Of a stretch of 64,000 nt of DNA, positions 30,248 through 43,498 are shown piece after piece (position 1 is the stretch's first letter; each line of letters opens with the position of its first letter). Position numbers and translations under genes: made by a program. Location of the stretch: the NCBI GenBank assembly GCA_003693705.1, contig RBZT01000545.1:4127-68126 (forward strand), read 5' to 3'. The notes beneath the pieces are model-generated. The model ran no database searches, had not been told where the DNA came from, and saw only the letters and a program-made list of their open reading frames with translations. The stretch comes from Polymyxa betae A26-41 (Eukaryota; Protista; Endomyxa: Phytomyxea).

Positions 30248-33200
30248 TTATTTTCGACGTGTTTGACAATATCGTAAGACGACGAAAGTAATTGTGGTTA
30301 TGCAGATAAATGCAACCGACAATACTAACACATCCTTGTCGAAATCTCTCCAGTTGAAGCCGAAATTCTGCAGGATCACGTCACCGTCCATTTCGATTTT
30401 CACGTTGCCGAATCCTTTCGGATCAAATTGTAGTCGTAAGCCATGGAACTCGTTGGACATGAGAGCGCTATAAGCGTAGTTAATAAATGATGTACACGAT
30501 AATCTGGATAAGACTGTGTTGGTACTGGATGCATTCAATAGTAGGCCACCGAAAACCTGAAAGAAGACTATTAGATCTCTGCATGAAGATTGTTATAATG
30601 AATCTTGCCCACCATGGCGTATATAAAGTAAAGAATACCAAAAAGATTGGCTTGGCCTAGATTTGAGCTTGATGCCGAGATCAAGAACACCGAGGCGCCG
30701 GAAACCAAATTGGTGAGGACGAGAACACCAACAAACCGCAGAAAATGCAACAGATCTGGTCGCAGACCGACGAGCCAGTATGCGATACAAGAATATAAGA
30801 CTGGAGGAAGGACACGGAATGGGATCAGGTCAACGATTAACTTGGCAATAAAATACGGCCCTGTTTGAAGTATTAGAGTTCAATAAAAGAAAAAGCAGTA
30901 ATTTCAAATCGATAGAAGAGAGATAACAACTGGATGAAACACGAAACCGTGGACGAAACTGAAACAGCCAACATTATCGAAAAACATCATCTGAACCTGT
31001 AGAATAGAATCCAGCGTAGCGCTCGCGCCATAGCAATATCCGATCCAAGACGACTGCCAAGTGATCAGAAATCTGCTACGATTACAAATGAATAAAGTAA
31101 TTACAGTGACCCATTGACGACATATTCAGCAGTGACATGAACAATATTGTGAAGAATAAAAACCCAATCTGTAAAGTGATCAGTCACTACTTCATCTTAG
31201 TGGGTGGAAACAAACCCGATTCTGAGAGCCGACAATTTTATTGTCGAGCTGGAAGAATACAAGCCCCGTTAAAAACGCGACGATCATGGTGACGCAGTTG
31301 TACATTAGCAATAAAGATGGGTCCCGAGCACAATGGCGAAACGACCTCATCGTCAATAGCAAACATTGACGGAATGGGGTGGCTACCTGCCTTTGACGTC
31401 TAGGTAAGGCTTGGAGAGTCTCCTGAGCAAGCAAGCACAGTTGAGACAGTTTAAAAACTGATAAAACAGGTAGCAATCCAGGAGCAGATATGAAACAGCA
31501 ATTATAAATACGCTCAGTCAAAATGCAGACGTCCAAAGTTTTCATAGAATAACTGCTGAGTTTAGACGCACCTTTGATTGAAAGCATGATTGAACTTGGT
31601 GATCGACATCGCGACAATACTGAGAATTTCCGAACTTCCTGACCTGCAGGCGCGGATTAGCGATTCACAAAAACGGCTGGGAATTGGTTAAACCAATTTA
31701 CAATAGCGTTATTGAAGGCAGATGCTCTATTGGACAGCGTTTCGACCAGGAATTCGAACGGGTTCGCTCCTGGAGGCATCTTGTTGCCAGTTTCAGACTC
31801 GAAGAATTCGATCGCTTTATCCGGAGGACCATTGAACGCCATCGTACCACCCCTGCACATGAGCATTACCTGTACAAGTTGAAACGCCAGCAACAACATA
31901 CCACCGATTCAAACCTTGTCAAATAGAGGGAACAGATGAGCTGGTGGCTGATGGATCGTCATCAGAACGGCACAGCGATCTTCAACTGCTCGTTTACGTA
32001 GCGCTCGAACAATGACATCGGCATAGAAACTGTCCAAGCCACTGGTAGGTTCATCAGCTAGCAGAATACATGGCTCGGATATCAGCTCCACTGGAAAACG
32101 ATATTAGTATAAAATTTTTTTAAACCCAATTGCAATTTTTGTACAACACACACCCTATAACTGCCATGACTTTGATGGTGCGAAAAGCCAGAAAACAAAT
32201 TTGAAACGAACCTCCTATTGCTAACCGTCGTCGCTCGCCTCCGGAAATACCGCCTCGCTCGACAGTCCCGACCTAAAAGCAATGTTCTATGCACGTTGCT
32301 AGAGAGAGGGCCATGGTATCTAACCTTAGTTGTGGCCACCTTTACCAATGCTAATTCTTCGATTATATATCGAACCTTTTTCATTATTTCTTCATCACTC
32401 GTCCCTGGAGGCAATCGCGTGCGGGCGCTGCAGAAAATTGAGCGAAATGACCAAATGGCCAGCAGAGATATACCTAAATGCAAGCGTCTCCCAAACTGTC
32501 ATGGTGGAAAGGTTGTAATCATCTTGAACGATATAGGAAAGGACGTCTTCTCTTCGGCTATCGTATTCACCCTAAACGAAACCGTCAGCACTGATACGCG
32601 TTAGCCTCGTATGTCATAGTATTTTCGTTCAAGCAGATCTTTAACATGGTTTGGCGAGCACTAGTCAGGCAGAAATTGTTAAACATCATAAAAACGTCCA
32701 TACGAAGATTTGGATCTGGCCTGAAATAGAGCCCTTTTTGTTGATTCCGCCAAGAATATCCAACAAGGTCGACTTCCCAGCTCCGCTTGCTCCTGATCAC
32801 AGACGACTGATCAGCAAAGGGGTTAAATTCCGATGTGACCTACCTAAAACAGCGACCATCTCTCCAGGCTTCACAACACCGCTACTGCTATGCAAAATGT
32901 GCTTCAGCGATCGTTGCCGACAAGCCCCTCCTTTTTCGATCTTGTAGCTAACGTTTTGCCAAAGTAGGCCAAACGGACCCTTATTGCTGACTTTTGGACA
33001 CTCCAACCCATCTAGCAGCTGTGATTACATTTTGTTGCAAAAAAAAAAGAGCGAAACGTGAGCTCAATGATGAGCAGATTAAAATGTAAAACTTTCAAGC
33101 TGCCAAGACAGGTCATTAAGAACAGACCTGCAGCATTAATGTTGAACGTAATGTCGACATCTTCAGTAGAGCCTGATTCCTCGCTGTAGAGGCGATTATA

Positions 33201-34762
33201 ATCAGTGGCATCATGGGTCGGCAGAAACTTGACATGATCAAGTGCATAATCGTGAACCATGTTCTTGATAATAGCAGGGGGGTTACGTAGCTCCATGTTA
33301 ACAAAAACGGCAAGGCCTGCCAGGGCGGCGTACATCGCCAATGCAGCTGAAGTCCAAATACTCATCTAAACAACATACTCTTAGACTAAACCAAATCCGT
33401 TTTAGCTTGAAACAAAGACAAAACGTTTGTTGGTGAGCTCAAATCAGGAGGATGATGAGCTCAAAGCAGGAAGCAACTGGGATATAAAACCGTTTTAACT
33501 ACAATATGATCGTAACAGTTACCATGAACAATTCCGATTTTTCGGATTTCCCCGCTGAACCGGAAGGCTCATACTCAATTTCGTCGACACACGTCCCAGT
33601 GATACAAGTTAGTGGAATTTCCACAACAACCAATGCGTCCTAAAGCGTTATTTAGCGACACTGCATAGTACCGATGATGGAATCGGTTTTACGAGGGTGA
33701 CGGTCATGTTGCCACGATGGTGTTGACTTGGGTCTACCAGTAAGGTAAGCGGTGTATCTTTGTCTTGGAAACTCTGGATTATTGACTGTAGCGCGACTGG
33801 ACAATTTTCATCGGTACAGACCGTGCAGCTTTTCTTCGGACAAGACAGCGTTGAAAACGACCCTGAATCGAATTGAATAAGAAACTGAATAAAAACAAAC
33901 ATATGATCAAGCACGGGCATAAAATAAAGGTAACCCCAAACCTTAACGAAAATCAGTGATCCGGGACACACAGAAACGTAGGCAGATAAGAAAATTAGAG
34001 CCAGCAATAAGTTTAGATAACTGGAATGCAGTGGCATAAGCCTTAAAGAGCACTGAAATAAGAAGTGGAAAGCGGAAGGCCCAGTATAAATGATTCTCAA
34101 ACAGCGATTCGCAAAGCATCACACTAAGGTCACAATAATGCAAACATCAATTCACTTAAACTGCAAATGCGAAGGTAATTCTTCAAAACCAAGTTACCCG
34201 AGGTGTTCGCTAGGATGGCGCATTCAGAGACGGCACACTGAAAGAATCTCAACATCGGACCGCACGAATTCCCATCTGGATTCCTGGTTCTCGTCCAAAG
34301 GCTGACATTGGCCAGATGATTGGGCAGATCCAGCCAGACATCGATACGATGATCTACAAAAAAGCGATTACAGAAATGACAAAAGGAAAATGAAATGGGG
34401 CAACCTTGTAAGTCAGCTAGCTGTAGTAGAGGAGTGATAGTGGCCTGGCATTGTAATGACTTGGGCGCAGCCGTATTTAATATAGAGTCGTCATATTGCT
34501 GTCCATGAGCGCAAAGCTTGTCATGTCCAGGTTGTATGACATCACATTGGGCTCCGGTATATCCATTAGGGCAATCACAATGGGATACTGGATTAGGGCC
34601 CATGCATGGGGCATTTTGTAAACATTGCGAAATGGTACCGCCATTTTGGCAAATCAATGCTGCATCTGAGCAGGATGTGTTAGCTCGCGCTAAACAAGGA
34701 CAATAATCGAGATCGGATGAGCAAACAACAGCAAATAGAACCCATATGAGTGCCAATATCAT
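30248..34762 (-). CDS. ABCG half-transporter with N-terminal signal peptide and EGF-like extracellular domain (ADP1-like)
   Basis: Signal peptide, CDCPNGYTGAQC EGF motif, Walker A GASGAGKSTLLD, signature ISGGERRR, ADEPTSGLDS, TIHQP, NPFEF, then ABC2 membrane domain (SFINYAYSALMSNEF). Confidence 0.9.
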
Positions 34763-35633
34763 GACTAAGGGTAAATTTAAGGGGAGATAATGAGAAGGGC
34801 GGCAGGGATCAAACCGGAGAGCGGGGCCTCCATCGGAATATCTTCCGACCCATCCCTCTCATATCTATATTCTATATCTGCCATCTCCTTGTTGCATCAC
34901 CAACCATGATGCTGTGCAGATAAACTTCAAGCATGCTTCACCTTTTTGTCGATTTCAGTTATTCCGGCATCTACCTTTAAGCCATTGAATGTGGAATGTT
35001 ACCACAACCTAGGCAACCTGTTTCATGGTTAGGAAAACCAATAGAAGTATCTCTTTGTTGCAAAATGTCAAAGCAAGAGCAAAGTTACAACCACCTTTCT
35101 GAATTTACATTAAGCATTCATGCTATGATTCTAGCGCGCTCTGTGAATCTCGATACGAAGATGGTGGCTTCCAACATGATTTCCCGGTAATGCAGACCCG
35201 AGTGATGGCGATTGTCTAGGTTTGTGAAAAATTTTTGTACGCAATGACGATGCTATAAACGAATTCAGTTTCATGATACTAAAGAAGCTCCATTTCAAGC
35301 ATGCAATGCATAAGTTGGATATGTCAAGTACTTTGCACCCGCACCATTTATCCACCTGGCGCGGAATTAGAAAATTTCTGCTCAACAATCAAATGTCAAT
35401 GATATTATTATACACTGTTGCAGTGATTGTAAAACTGTAACAAAATTCTGCAATCAACGATGAAATGCCATAGAAATCAGATTGAGCGATACTTATGAGA
35501 TAAAACAAAAAAAAAGCAGAAATTACGATGACAAAGGCAATATTCCGATCTTGATTGGTTGTGGACACATTACTTGCTTTATTTGCTGAAGCCGGAAGTA
35601 ATAAGATTTTCAGCGAATATCGTCGTTTCGAGA

Positions 35634-35920
35634 TTAGTGATGACCAGAGCGACCAGAATACTTATCCATTTCCTCCTTGCTCGGGTATACGATAGGAACC
35701 AGGGGGCTGGTCGTGTTCGCATTCGCATGTCGAACTAAAAGAGCACTGGCTAATACGATCGCGCCGGCAGCGATCATGGTAGGCTTCTTCCATCCTCTAG
35801 AAACAAAGTCAGAAAAAGCCTATTCTTAATATAGAACTATTCTTACTTAGGATAACACCACCAGCCACCTGTCGGGCTCCAAACATACTTTGGAAAATCG
35901 TATCTGGCTTCGCCGCCCAT
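35634..35920 (-). CDS. Small mitochondrial complex I accessory subunit (NUUM-like), 2 exons
   Basis: MGGEARYDFPKYVWSPTGGWWCYPK|GWKKPTMIAAGAIVLASALL matches the YPKxVWSPxGGW..P..W family, with a single TM helix. Confidence 0.75.
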
Positions 35921-36817
35921 ACTGCCGAACAACAACTCGGATTTGAAAAGAGCGCTTAGATACGAAAGTGCGTTGAACAGAAACAGAAAATATGATCTGT
36001 ATTCAGGCCTATTCCATGACCATGAAAATAAGCCATGCTGGGGCCCGAGAATATACAGTATATACCAAACGGGCATGATCGGATAACCAGAAAATACACG
36101 TTCAATTGTTTACATGTGTGCAGCATGTGTTGTAGGAAGGTTGGATTTTAATGAAGTTGGCAAGATCATATACACAGTACTGTATGCGATAGCTGTTACA
36201 GATTTACTGAAGATAGTGAAGACCAGGTTCATGGCCTGAATAAGCGATTGAAATCGAAATCTATTGGAGCACTCTCCAATGCGGAGACAAAGTGCGAGAC
36301 AAGGACTTTTTTGGATCTGAATGACGTTTAAAAAAGTAAAAATCACATGCGCACTTTGTTTTACGTGAATGAATCCCAGCGATAGCAGGCAAACATTGCG
36401 GGAAATTTTTAGGCTCGTATCATAAACCTGAAAAATTTACCGAATTCATTGTTGATGATGACAAAAAATAGATCGACGTGACGGTCTACAACAACTGCTA
36501 CTCAAGCTTCAAGAGGCATCCATGAACGCGATCTTGGAATTCAGGGCCTCATTGCTGAGTAGGTCGGTCATTCTTACTCATTCAGAGATCCCAAATGGCA
36601 CGCTGCGATGAAATCCCAAACCGACCATTTGTCATCTGATGCCCTTTTACACATTGTCACTCAATGACATGTTCAAGAGCCGAAATTTTGGGGGTAAACA
36701 GCGCCGCAGTACAGTTCCTTTCATCATCCAGACTTGACAAATGATAATATTGACCACCGGAAAGAGCAAACCCCAAAGGCAAAGAATTGCCACTTGGCGA
36801 TATAATACATGAGTGTT

Positions 36818-39200
36818 TTAGCCGGATATTAAAGAGATTGTTTTATCCTGGATATAAATGAACATATTTGTTGAGCAGTCGGTCGCGTCGTCCAATCACT
36901 ATTAATGCATCTCTCTGCGAGCATCTTCACATTCCGGGAACGGATTTCATTCAACTATTATCTAGTTATTAAAATCGGCAATTCTCCGAATGCTACTTGC
37001 CAGCTCTATATTGCTCAACCAAAGTATTGAAACAGAAAATATCGAACGTTGAAAAGCGAATGTCATATCACTTCGACGTGAAGACGCTAACCTGAGCACA
37101 ACGTCTTTGGGGATCTGGCTGCTGTCCAGTAAAAGTTTCAATGATCAAGACACCGAATGAGTAAATGTCAGAAGCAGGTCGGAAATTAGCTGCACCGTGA
37201 TTCCCTGAAGTAACCTACAGATTTATCAGACACAAAGGGACAAATCAGGTAGCGAAGCTCACCTCCGGTGCAGAGTATATCGCAGCGCCCTACAAAGACA
37301 TATCAGATCCGCATGAATTTGATGATGTGAAATAAACTGTCACTCGGGAGCATCGATCCAAATTTTGTTATATTAAAGACGAAGCGAGAGAAAAAATTCG
37401 GAAAACGTCTTAAGCAACCACTTCCGACTGAGAAAATGAATAAAATGAGGCCCTACCGGAGCATTCGTTTGTGTTTGGCCGACGAAGTGAGCGGAGCCGA
37501 AATCTGATAGCTTCACATTGTAAATCACACCTGCAGTCTTTTTTAGTTTAAAGCAATGTGTACGTTATACAAGTCGACCTGATTCAGCAACATCAAGAAG
37601 GACATTGGCAGATGACAGATCTCGATGCACGATGGGATTGGGATTGAGGTTGTGTAAGTAAAACAGAGCAGAAGCGACAGCACCCGCAACCATAAGGCCA
37701 CTTGAAAGGGGCAGATGTGTCCCAGTACGAGACAGAACGGCACGTAATGAGGTGGACATTCGCTCCAGAATTAGTAACGGCCTGGCATTCAAGTTACTTC
37801 TTCAACAATTTCGGCTACTATCGGCATTTCCCGAATTGTCTTCTTATGTAGGAATGAAATGTGGCAAAAATCAGCAATAAGACTACGAAAACTGAAACAT
37901 CTGCAAGCAAGAACAAGAACTTCCAAAGAGATTTTCAAGACTTCGCTGAATCAAAAATAATGAAGCTATTCTCATCGCACACGTGATTATCATCAGTGCA
38001 GGCACCATAACACTTCAACAAATGTGGATGCGATAACAACGAATCTAGAAAAGCCACACTAAGCCAAATTTCAGGACTGAGGACTGCTAGCTCAGCATAC
38101 AGAGATACATCTCTCGTTCGAACAATCTTCGATTATACTCCGACATGATAACACCATGAATAGCCTTCACAGCCACAGGACAGGCCCTCCAGAATCCGCT
38201 ACGAACCGATCCATCTGCAACATAGAAACCGTGTCATTGCCCAGAAAGACCTGAGGGGAAAACGGTCTGATCTGACAAGCTCCAGTGCCGATGACTTCAT
38301 CGGAGACAATCAGTTCGCGACGATCAACGATCCATCCGGGTCTGCAAAGATCCCGGAATTGCTGCAGATTCACGGATTCGATTGCAGTTGAAGGCTGCTG
38401 AGCTGTGTGGGCAAGCGCACGGTATCGATCTCGCTCGTCGGTGAGTTCTCGCTCCAGACCTGGTTGAATGTCAATATTTCGAAAAAACTCCAAGCGATCT
38501 CTCTAAAGCTTACGAACAACGTTGGCGTGACTTGTTTGCAGCTCCCGCTCTATTTCTGCACCGAGTTATGATGAATGCGTGAACATTGGTAGCGCTCAAA
38601 AGTCGAAGAAGTCAACGGAAAGAAATCCCAGAACAAGACACAAAACAAATGAAGAACCTTCAACCAGGAAAATACTGTATAAACCGACCAGTGTTTCTGC
38701 TTACTGTCTCTTCAAGATTATTACGTAATTCTGAAAATTTCAATGAAAATTCCACGTATTGACTAAGGCATGGCGATTACGAGAAACGCTGTCTTGACTT
38801 CTGGACAGTTCTGATGACAACTCTGATAAGAAATCAGAAAATTGCAGATTCAGCTAATGGAGTTTCTACCATACGTTCAACGCGTTCTCTTAAGGCTTGC
38901 TCCCGGTCCTGACTCTCTATGATTGGGTTAACCAAAACATATCCTAACGAAAGAGGGTAAAAATCGGATACGTTGTCGTAGCTGTTGGAGCTGTCGCTGA
39001 AAATCCTGCAATTCCAGCGCCAATTCGTTTCGTTGTGTCGTCAGATAATGGCATTGATTGCATTGATCGGGAGCCAGCCGAACACGTTCAAATAGAGCGG
39101 CAGCTGAAACCAATCCCGGGTCATCTTCGTTTTGTGATGGTGGTCTAGGCCTGATCCATACTGACGACAACGCCTGGCTCAAATCGCTATCGTCCATCAA
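36818..39200 (-). CDS. TKL-like Ser/Thr protein kinase with N-terminal coiled coil (multi-exon)
   Basis: IGTGAYG, VAVK, FEREM, HPHLL, LHNLNPNPIVHRDLSSANVLL, KLSDFG, YSAPE, DIYSFGV, C...TRPTA. Confidence 0.85.
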
Positions 39201-39899
39201 CTATCATTTATAGACTGACGATTAACGACTCCAGACAATGAAAAGGGCGCACAAATATTCCAGGCACCGATTATGAACTCAAATACAGTTTATTCGTTGA
39301 ATGCAATCTCATCAGCGATACAATTTATGCTGGTAGCAATGTCAGTTCGGAACTGGCGCTCTTGGCATCCTAATGTGACCTCTACGCGAAACCCAATTTG
39401 CATGGACAAAATCGCCGAGCATTGTAAATACATTTGATGATACGTTGTTTGATAAACAGCAAACTCCTTATTTACCTCTTAGTTGATGGTAAACAACCCA
39501 TTTAGACAATCAAGCACTTTGCAAGGACAGCCAGAACCCTGTTTGACGTACAGAAGTAAAATGAAGCCTGAGCAACAGAAAATTCATTTGAGCCTATCAA
39601 CAAACAAACAGGTTTGGAACATCTATCAAGCGCATCAATGAAATCTGACGAGTAAAGGTGACGTATTTGTTTTACAGGTTACTTCCAATTGAAAGTGTCG
39701 TCTTGATCTGAGTGCAAATTGTCCCAAAAGCTCATCATTGCTACCAAGCATAATGGAAACAGACGCACGAGATTACCAGCTGCATCACGCCATCGTCTGA
39801 ATCTTCTATGCTCGATGCCTGTAATGCTATAATCAGCAGTGGACAGCTGTAACAATTCATGAATATTTGGATATCTTCGACTGACGAAGGCGTACAGAT

Positions 39900-40516
39900 A
39901 GATACTTTGTGGCAGTGAGTCATGTGCCGGCGGCATCAGCGATTTCCGGGCGCCAGAATTTGGTCACAATTCGAAACGCATCAGTCCTGGAAACTCCTCA
40001 ATTCATTCACCATCCGATGCTTGTCAGAGGCCCAGATCTGATGTCGTCGCCCTCATATTCCATGTACATTTTCACGCCCACTCCAGACAATCTTAATGGT
40101 ATTGTTCCTTGGCAGCCATCTCCAGGTACCGGATTTCGTTTATGGAATGAATTGGTTTTCTCAACAGTTCATGATTTACAATGTTTCTATAAGAATTTTC
40201 TCATTGAATTTTAGGTTCTTCTGAGCGATTACCGAGGCCTGTTTTGCAGAGGTCGTCGCATGACGACCGAATATACGTCTTGTACGTGGAGCGCAAGGAT
40301 GAAGAACGCCCACCCATCCTGAGCGTCGAGCTGCAAGCGCGCCTGAACGTGTTGAGGTTGGTAGCGAATCGCTTACCGATCGAGGCACGTGGGAAGGTTC
40401 AGTTCGAGATCGATGGCGAACCAAGACAGGCCTTGATCGTTGTAGCTAACAGCATCACAAATGTAGATCTGCCATATCCGTTACCATCTGATCAGGATCT
40501 CATTGCTGTTTTCTAA
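39900..40516 (+). CDS. Hypothetical protein (3' exons; start not resolved)
   Basis: Two protein-like ORFs (39909..40214 and 40244..40516) with an intron-like AT-rich gap ending TTTTAG at ~40214. Confidence 0.35.
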
Positions 40517-41288
40517 TCTCTACAAATTTTTATTGGATACTCTTGAATAATACAATGACTTTACTCTCTCATAGTTCTGTCTACAAAAATGCCCTACTTT
40601 TCTGATTAGCGACAGTTTAGATTCTGAATTTTATGAAATTTCTTGTTTTTATCCAGTTATCTTAAGAAAGAAATGAATCAGTTAATGTCTCCATATAAAC
40701 GCAAATTGTCGTGCCAAATAAAGGGTTGTATATATAAAATATATGTTGTATAATAAGGAAGAATGTTACTTTTCGACCGAAAAGGATAGAATTGAGCTTT
40801 GCAGGGTATTGGATTGGATTCGCCAAGATCGTGGAAACAACGGGCGGTGCTGTATCCATAGCACAACGTCTGAGGTACGTCGGCTTATCACCTTCCAAGC
40901 CTTCAAGAGCTCATACTCCGTTTTCAGAGCTGGCAGTATTTCACCCAACTTTGCAGGGTACTATTTCATCGAATTGCAGAGGACACAAATCATTCTGAGA
41001 TATTTCAAATTAGCAAGATGATTCATGAACGTCGGAAGAAAGATGCATTGAGTCAACGGCATCAACAAGCATGACACCGACCAAATCATCGGCCCGAATC
41101 TGCTCTCATAATCATTTCGGTTTCGAACCTATTGTATCTTTCTTATCGGCTTCGTCGTCGCATATCTCCTCTAATAGACGACGTAGTTTCAGTAATACTG
41201 GACCAGCTTGCATATTTGACGACTTAATCCGTACAGCACAGCTGCACGCGTATCCCTTCCTCAACAAAAAGTTCAAGAACAATACCGA

Positions 41289-42122
41289 ATGCAACTTCAG
41301 CGCATCTATGCGCGTGATATGATCAACGAATACAGCGTTTCAGAGGACAACGACGTCAACAAGCTGCCTGTCATACAGGCCAGGCAAATCAAGTACGGCA
41401 GCGTCGAAGAACTCGATTTGGCGTTGAGATCTTACCAGCTACCAAGCGCAGCCAGGAGATTGTGGAACCAGATACAATTGTCTGCCGACCGCCAGGATGA
41501 GTTCATGCTGGGATATCATTTCGATGTCGGAATTCGTATTGGTGACGAATTGGGCATGTCCCCTGATACAAATCAGGCAATATTCTGGTACCGTCGTGCC
41601 GCTGAAAAAGGTCATATCATTGCCCAGCTAAACCTTGGTGTTCTGTTCGAGACAGGGCATCAAGGCGCCCGAGAACGCGATTATGCATCGGCTGTCGATT
41701 GGTACCATCGTGCTGCCTTGAACGCTCACCAAGGGGCTCAATTCAATCTGGGACGACTGTTCTGGTCGGGGAAGGGAGTGCCACAGAATCTGCAGACCGC
41801 GTTCGGGTTCTTCAAAAAAGCAGCGAAGAAGGGTAACCACATGGCCATGACGAATATCGGGGCCATGTACATGTCTGGAAACGGCGTTCAGCAGAACGCC
41901 GTCGAAGCCAGGCGATGGTCGCAGCTAGCAGCCATGAAGAACAATGCAGTAGCACATCATAACCTGGGCGTTATGTTCGAGAATGGGATGGGAGGGCGTG
42001 CTGACCCCGAACTTGGCGCTCTGCATTTTAGACAGGCCCTGGATCCGACCATGGAGCATCCGGTGTCGGAAATGCTATCGAGAGATCTGCGACAGTCGCG
42101 AGATCCTCTAATCTTCACATGA
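41289..42122 (+). CDS. Sel1-like repeat (SLR) protein; main exon, N-terminal exons unresolved
   Basis: Repeated AIFWYRRAAEKGHIIAQLNLGVLF, AQFNLGRLFWSGKGVPQN and AMTNIGAMYMSGNGVQQN motifs. Confidence 0.88.
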   Translation: MQLQRIYARDMINEYSVSEDNDVNKLPVIQARQIKYGSVEELDLALRSYQLPSAARRLWNQIQLSADRQDEFMLGYHFDVGIRIGDELGMSPDTNQAIFWYRRAAEKGHIIAQLNLGVLFETGHQGARERDYASAVDWYHRAALNAHQGAQFNLGRLFWSGKGVPQNLQTAFGFFKKAAKKGNHMAMTNIGAMYMSGNGVQQNAVEARRWSQLAAMKNNAVAHHNLGVMFENGMGGRADPELGALHFRQALDPTMEHPVSEMLSRDLRQSRDPLIFT

Positions 42123-42239
42123 TTGTATATGTCGACAATATTCTGACAGCAACCATAAACGGCTTGCAAATATTTCATAGCAGTAGCATAAAAACAATCG
42201 TATTTCATGTTTTTAGCTTGTTGTCCTTATAATTTAGCG

Positions 42240-43021
42240 TCAGGAGTTGAAAGTGAAAACGACATCAGTAACACTACAACAGACGTCAGCAAGACAGCTG
42301 CAGTGGTCGTATTCAGCTTACTCCATCAGCTGTTTGGCAAACTGGAGGAGATTGTTTTCAACGCCTGAGATTTCCCCATCGACAGTTGAGACAATTGTTG
42401 AAAGCTCAACCATCCATAGGTCATCGGTTCTTATGTCATCGGTGATATGATCATCGATTTTGATCTATATAATCGTTATAATAGTTTCAGAAAGATATGC
42501 AAAGATAACCTTGGAAACTTGCACAACTTGCACAGTTTGAGAATCTTTGAGATAATAGATAGTGCCGTGTAAGGCAACACTGAAAGTTAGACGAAAATCG
42601 GTAGCAGTGAGAAGCGCCTGGCAGTCAAAGGATACAGGTGTCTCAGATATCGACCTAACAGTTGCTTGATGGCGAGTGGGATCGATTGGATGCCCAAGAA
42701 TCCTCAGAGTGCATAACTCGTTTCTGGAAGACGCCTTCAACGGACGACGTAATCTGCATTCCGACAGCTTTCGAGATCGACCTAAGAACATACAGTTAGC
42801 AATAACCAGAGCGTGGTTCCATAAAAAAAGGTCACATTTTTTATTCAAAAATGAAAATGAAATTGTAACAGCGTTTGGAGATTACCTCTATCGATATTGT
42901 CAAAGGTAGACTCCATAATAGCAAGAGGTTTGAATGCTATGGCCATGCAGCGCAGCGTCGAATGAAACCGTTCGATGCTGGCCGTTGGCACAGCTCCATA
43001 GACGACGATCAATAACGACAT
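42240..43021 (-). CDS. MED18: Mediator complex subunit 18-like (spliced)
   Basis: Reconstructed protein MSLLIVVYGAVP..LRCM..., TLRILGHP..HQATVRSISE, FRLTF, LWMVELS, LLQFAKQL parallels the Med18 pattern (LRYLG.P..R.A.VR..., YLVEL, FA.QL). Confidence 0.7.
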
Positions 43022-43104
43022 TGGACTGACTAATCAATTTCCTACAACAACAACAATGCGCTAACTATGCGCCATTCGTGATGGTTCCTTCCTTTTGTTT
43101 ACAC

Positions 43105-43176
43105 AGGATTGTATGAGCTGTCTCTTCTCACTAGCAGTTAAGGATTGTATGAGCTGTCTCTCCCTAGCAGTTAAGG
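43105..43176. repeat. Imperfect ~35-bp tandem duplication upstream of MED18
   Basis: AGGATTGTATGAGCTGTCTCT(TCTCA/CC)CTAGCAGTTA occurs twice in tandem. Confidence 0.9.
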
Positions 43177-43498
43177 CTTAATCAACAACAAGCATGAGTC
43201 TGGTGACTCGCTCTGATCAGACCATCACTTGAACTGGGCCTTCTGTACGCTCAGCGAATTGTAAGCTCATATACGAGATCATACTTGAATATTAAAAGGA
43301 TCTTATCTGTTGCTGCTAAATGCAAGTTGAATATGACATTAGCCATTCCCTCTGCATTTTTCAATGGATGGTAATTGTTATTCTTTCAGGCAAATATTGA
43401 CCGACTGTAAATTGGCTTAGCAAACTCTTGCTATCTGGCACTAACACCTGTTTTATTTTACTCGCTGCAGTCACAGTTTACAAAAGTGAAACCGGCCG

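Noticed and set aside
34996-35500. Short ORFs or possible ncRNA upstream of ABCG
   Set aside because: No recognisable motifs, box elements or stable structure by eye.
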